Assembly: GCA_963727445.1 (NCBI GenBank)
Contig: CAVSGI010000021.1
Span: 96,001-160,000, forward strand
DNA from: an uncultured delta proteobacterium
Lineage (GTDB): Bacteria; Myxococcota_A; Polyangia; Polyangiales; B10-G4
Length of the DNA stretch: 64,000 nt
Direction of reading: 5' to 3'
Part shown: in pieces, positions 57,592 to 64,000 of the stretch
Layout of the letters: each line of letters opens with the position of its first letter
Numbering within the stretch: the first letter of the stretch is position 1
Program-made: the position numbers and the translations under genes
Notes under the pieces: generated by a model
Told to the model about the DNA's origin: nothing
What the model saw: the letters and a program-made list of their open reading frames with translations, nothing else
Database searches by the model: none

Positions 57592-58860
57592 TCATTGCTG
57601 CTCGAGCAGGGTGGTGAGCATGCCGGCGCAGCACATGAAGATGAAGCTGAACAGGACGATGATCAGCGGGATCAAGCGCGCCGGCCCCTGACCCGCGACG
57701 CGATTGCGCGCCATGGCCATCGGCCCGGCGCCTCCGACCGCGAGCCCCGCGACGCTGGCTGCGTCGTTCTGTGCGCTCTTCTCGACGATGACGGCCTGGG
57801 GGATCAGCTGTGGCGAGGCCGGCTTCATCCCGCCGGACGCGCGGCGCACCGCGGTCCCGATGGCGATCACCTCGACCAGCCCCGAGCCCATCTCCCGGAT
57901 CTGTAGCCGGTTGCCGAGGACCCGCTCGGCGCCGAGATTCGTCGCTTCCTGCCGGATCAGCTCGAGGCAATTCTCGCGGGCGTCGTAGACCAGCTTGGTC
58001 ACCTCGGGCAGCTCGCCGCGCTGGATGCTGCGGAAGAGGGCGCCGATGCCCGCGGCCACACCCAGGGAGTAGACGCTGGTCGCCATCACCAGCTGATGCG
58101 GCACCCATCCCATCGCGGAAAGGTTCCACAGCTCCTCGCCGCTGAGCTCGCTGGTCACCACCTGCGCCGCAGGCACCGGACCGCTCGACAGTGACGGATG
58201 AAACGACGCGGTGCCGGTGAGGAGCAGCTCCACCGTGCCCGGCCCATACGGAAGCATCTCCACCTTCACGTCGACCACGGCGTTCGCGCCCGCGGCCGCG
58301 GCCTCCTCCTTCAGACGGTGGAGCGCCGTGTGGCGGATCTCGTTGTACATCGAGCTGAACTCTTTCACCTCGCCCCGCGCGAGCGTGCGGAAGGAGCCCA
58401 TCACACCGCGACCGACGCCGAGGGCGTAGGCGATGTTGCCCATCACGAACTTGCGCGGCTGGTAGCCGGAGTCGACCTGACAGTAGAGGCCGATGCCGCT
58501 GGCGGCGCTCGAGAAGAAGGGCGCGGAGTTGGTGCCGCTCTCGGTATGCACCGCGGTCCCCTGTGCGAAGAACTCGGTGAAGCCTGCCATGCTTCCGAGC
58601 CGCGTCTCGACGCCGGTGATCCCCTGCGCCCCTTCGCGCTGGGCCTCTTCTTCCATGCGCTGGATCGCCGAGTGACGGCCGTCGCTGATCATGGAAGTGA
58701 TCTGCGTGATCTCGCCACCGGCGACCGAGCGACCCATGGCGCCGAGGGCGCCGCCGAGGCCCATCGCGTAGACACTGTTGCCCACCGTGATCTCGCCCGG
58801 CGTCAGCCCCTTCAGCGCCAGACAGTAGATCTCGTTCCCGCTCATTCCGGAGATGAACAT
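57592..58860 (-). CDS. Triple YbjQ/UPF0145 (heavy-metal-binding-like) domain protein with C-terminal TM
   Basis: Three repeats of G..P...V.G/A..Y.LG...G....R....GE........R..A..R...EA...GA..V. GAGGAGG RBS before MFISG. Confidence 0.82.
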   Translation of the reverse strand: MFISGMSGNEIYCLALKGLTPGEITVGNSVYAMGLGGALGAMGRSVAGGEITQITSMISDGRHSAIQRMEEEAQREGAQGITGVETRLGSMAGFTEFFAQGTAVHTESGTNSAPFFSSAASGIGLYCQVDSGYQPRKFVMGNIAYALGVGRGVMGSFRTLARGEVKEFSSMYNEIRHTALHRLKEEAAAAGANAVVDVKVEMLPYGPGTVELLLTGTASFHPSLSSGPVPAAQVVTSELSGEELWNLSAMGWVPHQLVMATSVYSLGVAAGIGALFRSIQRGELPEVTKLVYDARENCLELIRQEATNLGAERVLGNRLQIREMGSGLVEVIAIGTAVRRASGGMKPASPQLIPQAVIVEKSAQNDAASVAGLAVGGAGPMAMARNRVAGQGPARLIPLIIVLFSFIFMCCAGMLTTLLEQQ

Positions 58861-58963
58861 TCGGCCTCCTCGTCGGCGGCGAAGATAACAGGCAACCGGC
58901 CCGTCGTCGGGCCGATAAGCGGCCATGCTCCCGCTGGGTCGTTCCACGCGACTGGGGACCGCG

Positions 58964-59683
58964 ATGGTCGCGGTCACGGTCCACCTCCTCACTACCGCGT
59001 GCACCGGCTCATCACCGGCGCACACGGAGCTCGCCGAAGCCGTCGCGGTCGGTCGAGAGGCATCGGGGCTTCTTGGTCGGGTGGCTCACTTTTGTGGGCC
59101 GGCGACCGACGCGTCGGCACCGGTGGGCATCTGCCACCCGGTCGTAGAGCGCGGCCCAGCGGGAGCATCCTTTTACGACGAGCCCCACGCCATCGAGTTC
59201 CATTTCGAAAGCGCCGACGGCCAGATGGTCCTCGATTATCGCTCCGAGGCCGAGGACGGGGTGCGCGAGACGGCCCTCTCCGGGCGCGCCTTTCTCTTTG
59301 GGCGCGCTCACATCCTCAGCCTCTGGTCGCTCACCGTGGCTCGCGCCAGCACCGACTTCGAGGAGGTCGAGGACGCCTTGCGGGCGCGCATCGAAGGAGA
59401 CGACCGGCTCATCGAGCTCGAAGAGGTGCGCTATCACCTCCGCGAGGACGGCGAGGAATCGTTCTACCGAACCTACTGGGACTCCTGGCAGACGCCGCTG
59501 GGCCTCTTCGAGCTCGAGGACGGGCGTTACGAGGGCTATCGCTCCCCGATGGGGAGGTGGCACCTGAGCGCCGAGGGCCTGGTGCGCCTCGACGGCGCGG
59601 ACGTCGGCGAGGTGGCCCTCGGAGGCCCGGTGGACGCTCGGCGTGCGGTCGTGCGGACTCCGGATGGGGACATCGAGCTCTAG
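58964..59683 (+). CDS. Hypothetical protein, possible lipoprotein
   Basis: LLTTAC. Fills the intergenic gap with plausible codon usage. Start uncertain (58925 or 58964). Confidence 0.55.
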   Translation: MVAVTVHLLTTACTGSSPAHTELAEAVAVGREASGLLGRVAHFCGPATDASAPVGICHPVVERGPAGASFYDEPHAIEFHFESADGQMVLDYRSEAEDGVRETALSGRAFLFGRAHILSLWSLTVARASTDFEEVEDALRARIEGDDRLIELEEVRYHLREDGEESFYRTYWDSWQTPLGLFELEDGRYEGYRSPMGRWHLSAEGLVRLDGADVGEVALGGPVDARRAVVRTPDGDIEL

Positions 59684-59769
59684 ATGAACGACCACGATTC
59701 TGGAACGTTCCTCGCTCGTCTGCGACGCCGCTCGTCCGCACGCGGCCCTGCGGTGTACGATGGGATCAG

Positions 59770-61809
59770 ATGAACCCACGCCGTCTCCTTCCCCTCCTCC
59801 TCGCCCACCTCGCCCTCCTCACCCTCTCCGCCTGCGCCGCCACACCCGAAGCCTCGCCATGCACCACCAGCGCCGAGTGCGAGTCGGGGTGGAGCTGTGT
59901 CGACGGGATGTGCCAATCACCGTCGAGCGGTGACGGCTCCATCGACGCGGCGGACATGGGGCCGGGCCGCACCATCACCAGCATCCGTATCGACCCGCCG
60001 ATGGCGGAGCTGGTGTCGGCCGACGGCGCCATGCCCACCCAGGCGTTCACCGCTTTCGCCATGTACAGCGACGGATCGGAGGCGGCCGCAACGGGCACGG
60101 TCTGGCAGAGCAGCGACCTGTCGATCGGCGAGATCGATCTCGCGGGTGGCGTCTTCACGGCGAACGGGGTCATCGGGGGCACGTCGACGATCACTGCGAC
60201 CGTGCCGACCGCCGCCGGCGACGTGTCCGGGACTGCGACCATTCGCGTGCGCCTCGAGCAGACCCTCGTGCCCGACGCCATCTCCGACGCGCCGACGCGC
60301 TTCGGCGCCGCCACCCCCATGGACGATGCGACGCGCGCCGCGGGCGTGGTCTATCCGCTCGATCAGGTGGTGATGCCCCAGAACGTCTATCCGGCGGACG
60401 TCCAGTGGACCAACGGCGCGACGGACGATCTCTTCCGCGTGACCCTGACCAAGCCCGACGCGACGGTCACCGCCTACGTCGCCTTCGACGGCATGAACCA
60501 CTATCTGGTCGACGAGTCAGCCTGGCGTTCCATCGCGCAGACCAACCCCGACGACGCGGCCACGCTGGTCGTCGATCGCCTCGAGGCGACCACCGGCAAC
60601 CTCATCTCGGGCGCCTCGAGGTCGATGACCTTCGCCCGCGCGGCGTTGACAGGCAGCGTCTACTACTGGGACATCGAGCGCGGGCGCATCGTGCGCATCG
60701 ACGACGGGACCGCCGCGCGCGTCGAGTTCATGCCCAACCCGTCTCAGGGCTGCGTCGGCTGCCACTCGGTTTCGCCTTCGGGCCGCTACATGGCCGGCCG
60801 CTTCGGCGGCGGAAACAACTTCGGCAGCGTCCTCGACCTCACCACGGATCTGACGCCGAACCCCGCGCCCACCCTCTGGTCGGCGTCGTCTCAGTACTGG
60901 TGGTTCTCGAGCTGGAATCCCGACGAGACGCGTCTCGTCGTCGCTCGAAACAGCCCACCGGTGCTGGCGCTCATCGACCCGATGACCGGCGCCGACGTCC
61001 CGGTCACCAGGGGGACGATGCCCGCCGGCACCTATCCGTCCTGGTCCCCCGACGGCACCCGCATCGCGTACATCAGCGATCAGAACGGCTGGGGTGACGC
61101 CCCCACCGTGGGCAACACCTACGTGATGCCGATCAGCGGCGACGCGGTCACCGCGCCGATGATGATCCACGCCGGCAACGCGCACGGCGCGACCACCGAC
61201 AGCTACCCGACCTGGTCGCCGGACTCGAACCTCCTCGCCATCGCCAACGGCAACGGCGCCCGGAGTGAGAGCTCGAACGCGAACCTCTACATGATGGGGC
61301 CCGACGGCAGCTCGCCCGTGCTTCTCGGCACCGCCTCCAACACCAACCTCGACTACCAGCCCCGCTTCTCACCCTTCCATCAGGGCGGCTACTACTGGCT
61401 GAGCTTCCTGTCGCGGCGCGTCTACGGCAATCCGCAGATCGGCAATGGCCTCCGGCCCGCCAACCGCATGCAGCAGATCTGGGTCACCGCCATCCGCGAC
61501 GACGCCGCTCCGGGCACCGACGGAAGCAGCGTGCCCTACTGGCTCCCCGGCCAGAACACGCAGAGCGCGAACATCTCCGCGTTCTGGGCGCCGCGCCCGT
61601 GTCGCCCCGACGGCGAGGCCTGCTCCGTCGGCTCCGAATGCTGCGGCGGCGACTGTCGCCCGCCGGCCGGCGGCGGCGAGCCCGTCTGCGCCCCGCCTCC
61701 GATGGATCGCTGTCGCCTCGCCGGCGAGACGTGCAGCACCGACGCGGACTGCTGCGAGGGCATGTCCCTCACCTGCCTCGGCCACGTCTGCGTCGCCGGC
61801 CCGGGCTGA
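59770..61809 (+). CDS. Lipoprotein with Ig-like domain, TolB-like PD40 beta-propeller and Cys-rich ends
   Basis: MNPRRLLPLLLAHLALLTLSAC. YPSWSPDG, YPTWSPDS, PRFSP. A single CVGCH motif. Confidence 0.82.
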   Translation: MNPRRLLPLLLAHLALLTLSACAATPEASPCTTSAECESGWSCVDGMCQSPSSGDGSIDAADMGPGRTITSIRIDPPMAELVSADGAMPTQAFTAFAMYSDGSEAAATGTVWQSSDLSIGEIDLAGGVFTANGVIGGTSTITATVPTAAGDVSGTATIRVRLEQTLVPDAISDAPTRFGAATPMDDATRAAGVVYPLDQVVMPQNVYPADVQWTNGATDDLFRVTLTKPDATVTAYVAFDGMNHYLVDESAWRSIAQTNPDDAATLVVDRLEATTGNLISGASRSMTFARAALTGSVYYWDIERGRIVRIDDGTAARVEFMPNPSQGCVGCHSVSPSGRYMAGRFGGGNNFGSVLDLTTDLTPNPAPTLWSASSQYWWFSSWNPDETRLVVARNSPPVLALIDPMTGADVPVTRGTMPAGTYPSWSPDGTRIAYISDQNGWGDAPTVGNTYVMPISGDAVTAPMMIHAGNAHGATTDSYPTWSPDSNLLAIANGNGARSESSNANLYMMGPDGSSPVLLGTASNTNLDYQPRFSPFHQGGYYWLSFLSRRVYGNPQIGNGLRPANRMQQIWVTAIRDDAAPGTDGSSVPYWLPGQNTQSANISAFWAPRPCRPDGEACSVGSECCGGDCRPPAGGGEPVCAPPPMDRCRLAGETCSTDADCCEGMSLTCLGHVCVAGPG

Positions 61810-61867
61810 GCCAGCGCACGCGGCTCCCGCTTGACGTTCGGGGGGAGTGGATCAGACTGCGGCCGCC

Positions 61868-62353
61868 ATGGCCCTGGACCAAGCCTTCGTCGACGACTGC
61901 CCCTACGGACCGGGCGGCCTCCTTCTCTCCGACATCCTGCTCGTCGATCGCGAGGCGGGGCGGGTCGTCTGCGAGATGCCCACCCACGCCGAGCTCCCGC
62001 TGACCCGCGAGCAGCGCGCTCACCCGGTGCGCCATCCGCGCCACGTCTCGGGCGGGCTCATGGTGCACATGACGGGCATGGTCGGCTTCGTTCACGCCTA
62101 TTACGTCCTCGACCTCCGCCACGCCGACGGGTGGATCGGCTATGGCGGCCGCATCCACAAGGCGCGCTTCAAGGCGCTCGCGGAGCCCGGTGAGCCCATC
62201 GTCATCGACTGCCACACCACCCGCGTTCGCAAGGGCGACACCAAGGTGCTCGGTCGCTACGAGTTCGAGTTCCGCCAGGGCGACAAGGTCGTCTACGAGG
62301 GTGATCAGACGGCGCTCTGGTTGCACGTCGGCGAGGCCGAGGCGGCGGAGTGA
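61868..62353 (+). CDS. Hotdog-fold protein (FabA/FabZ-like)
   Basis: PYGP..LL..I..VD, ARFKALAEPGE, YEFEF.QG...VYEG. Confidence 0.6.
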   Translation: MALDQAFVDDCPYGPGGLLLSDILLVDREAGRVVCEMPTHAELPLTREQRAHPVRHPRHVSGGLMVHMTGMVGFVHAYYVLDLRHADGWIGYGGRIHKARFKALAEPGEPIVIDCHTTRVRKGDTKVLGRYEFEFRQGDKVVYEGDQTALWLHVGEAEAAE

Positions 62354-62766
62354 TCCACCGCGAGGTCTTCACCGTCGAGACCGGGCGCGGGCGAGGCACC
62401 TACGACCTCACGGATCGCATGCGCTCGGTGGTCGCCGCCGCTGGCGTCGACGAGGGGATCTGTTCGGTCTTCGTCCACCACACCAGCGCGTCGCTCCTGG
62501 TCAACGAGAACGCCGACCCGCAGGTGCGCCGCGACCTCGACGCCTTCTTCGCGCGCCTGGTCCCGGATGGTGACGCGCTCTTCCTCCACACCGCCGAGGG
62601 TCCCGACGACATGTCGGCGCACGTTCGCAGCGCGCTCACCCTCACCTCGCTGAACGTCCCCGTCGCCGGCGGACGTCTCGACCTCGGCACCTGGCAGGGC
62701 GTGTTCCTGTGGGAGCATCGCGCCCGACCTCACCGGCGGCGCGTCACCGTGTCCGTGCTCGGCTGA
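62350..62766 (+). CDS. yjbQ: YjbQ / UPF0047 family protein
   Basis: HTSASL.VNENADP.V..DL, EGPDDM.AH, LGTWQG.FLWEHR. Confidence 0.92.
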   Translation: MIHREVFTVETGRGRGTYDLTDRMRSVVAAAGVDEGICSVFVHHTSASLLVNENADPQVRRDLDAFFARLVPDGDALFLHTAEGPDDMSAHVRSALTLTSLNVPVAGGRLDLGTWQGVFLWEHRARPHRRRVTVSVLG

Positions 62767-62769
62767 GGC

Positions 62770-64000
62770 TCACGCCGGCGGGCAGCGCGCACGCAGGCAC
62801 GCCGCGACCTCTTCGGAGCACTGGCGCATCACGCACTCGATGCTGCCGCAGGTGGCGAACTGCATGACCGCGCAGTTGACGAACTGATCGACCAGGAACG
62901 CCACGTCGGGGCACGTCATGGCCACACAGCCGCCGATGCACGTCAGGCTGAAGTTGGGCGGGCTGCTCATGAAGTCGATGCAGCCGAGGGTGCAGGTCAG
63001 CACCTCGCCGCAGGTGATGGTCGAGCAGGCGCCGCAGTCCGCCGCGCAGTTGATGCAGGTCTCGAAGCCGCCCGCGCTCTCGCAGACGCCGTTGCCACAG
63101 AACGAGCAGACGCCGCAATCGCGGGAGCAGCTCGCGCAGTCCTCGATGGTGTCGCAGCGGCCGTCGCCGCAGCCGCGGCAGACGCCGCAGTCCTCGGGGC
63201 AGGAGGAGCAGCTCTCGGTCCCCATGTCGCAGCTTCCGTCGCCGCAGCGCGGGCAGACGCCGCAGTCCGGGGCGCAGGTGATGCAGTCCTCGCCGAGCTC
63301 CGGCTCGCAGTAGCCGTTCTCGCAGGTCATGCAGGTGCCGCAGTCACCCGGGCAGCTCGAGCACGATTCGGCGCCTTCGCAGCGCCGGTCTCCGCACATC
63401 ACGCAGAACCCACAGTCGCGCGGGCAGGTCGAGCAGTCCTCGCTGGGGCTGCACATGCCGTCACCGCAGGTATCGCAGAGCCCGCAGTCCATCGCGCAGC
63501 TCGAACAGTCCTCGCTCGCGCTGCACATGCCGTCGCCGCAAGTCATGCAGAGACCGCAGTCCGCTGTGCAGGAGAAGCAGCTCTCCCCCGCGGTGCACAT
63601 TCCGTCGCCGCAGGTGTCGCAGAAGCCGCAGTCGGTGGGACAGCTGGTGCAGGTCTCACCCGCGTCGCACGCACCGTTGCCGCACGAGTCGCAGGTGCCG
63701 CAGTCCGCGGGGCAGCTCGAGCAGGACTCGCCGTCGGTGCATGCGCCGTCGCCGCAGCCCGTACAGAGATCGCAGTCGGCGGGGCAGGTGGCGCAGGTCT
63801 CGCCGTCACCACAGACGCCGTCGCCGCAGGGCGTGATGGTGTCCGCAGGCGCATCGGTGGAGGTGTCGACAGAGCTGTCGAAGGAGGTGTCGACGGAGCT
63901 GTCGAAACCCGAGTCGATGCCGCCATCACCGGGAGCGCCGAGCTGGGACCGTCCGCACGCGGACAAGGCGACCACCAGGAGCGCCGCCGAAAGGAGGGTC
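62770..64000 (-). CDS. Lipoprotein with 11 tandem 6-Cys repeats (start beyond the window end)
   Basis: ALSAC lipobox, DSS linker, repeats of CGDGxCxxxExCxSCPxDCGxC. Confidence 0.85.
   Translation of the reverse strand, partial: TLLSAALLVVALSACGRSQLGAPGDGGIDSGFDSSVDTSFDSSVDTSTDAPADTITPCGDGVCGDGETCATCPADCDLCTGCGDGACTDGESCSSCPADCGTCDSCGNGACDAGETCTSCPTDCGFCDTCGDGMCTAGESCFSCTADCGLCMTCGDGMCSASEDCSSCAMDCGLCDTCGDGMCSPSEDCSTCPRDCGFCVMCGDRRCEGAESCSSCPGDCGTCMTCENGYCEPELGEDCITCAPDCGVCPRCGDGSCDMGTESCSSCPEDCGVCRGCGDGRCDTIEDCASCSRDCGVCSFCGNGVCESAGGFETCINCAADCGACSTITCGEVLTCTLGCIDFMSSPPNFSLTCIGGCVAMTCPDVAFLVDQFVNCAVMQFATCGSIECVMRQCSEEVAACLRARCPPA

Overview
This is a 64 kb, very GC-rich bacterial chromosomal window. 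Gene content suggests Myxococcota, probably Polyangia/Sandaracinaceae-like; this is an inference from the MYXO-CTERM protein, two Ser/Thr kinases and about 20 Cys-rich or Asp-linker lipoproteins. Housekeeping genes (hrpB, pip, fadD-like ligase, prfC, prlC, aldehyde dehydrogenase, recQ, rlmKL, mepA-like, queE, yjbQ) are interleaved with many predicted surface lipoproteins. I found no rRNA, tRNA, CRISPR array or transposase gene. The most unusual signals are non-coding. (1) A near-perfect 3 x 225-bp tandem array (37738-38403) is built from hairpins with cGNAg triloops and is embedded in a GTAG-hairpin repeat. (2) A 165-bp fold-back MITE-like element occurs twice (19308-19472, 54848-55012), each time fused to an upstream TAG stop codon, with a collapsed 27-bp relic at 40417. 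(3) A REP/REPIN-like inverted-repeat cluster (51543-51861) supplies the stop codons of both flanking genes. hrpB, prfC and a Kelch lipoprotein carry +1 frameshifts that look like sequencing insertion errors.
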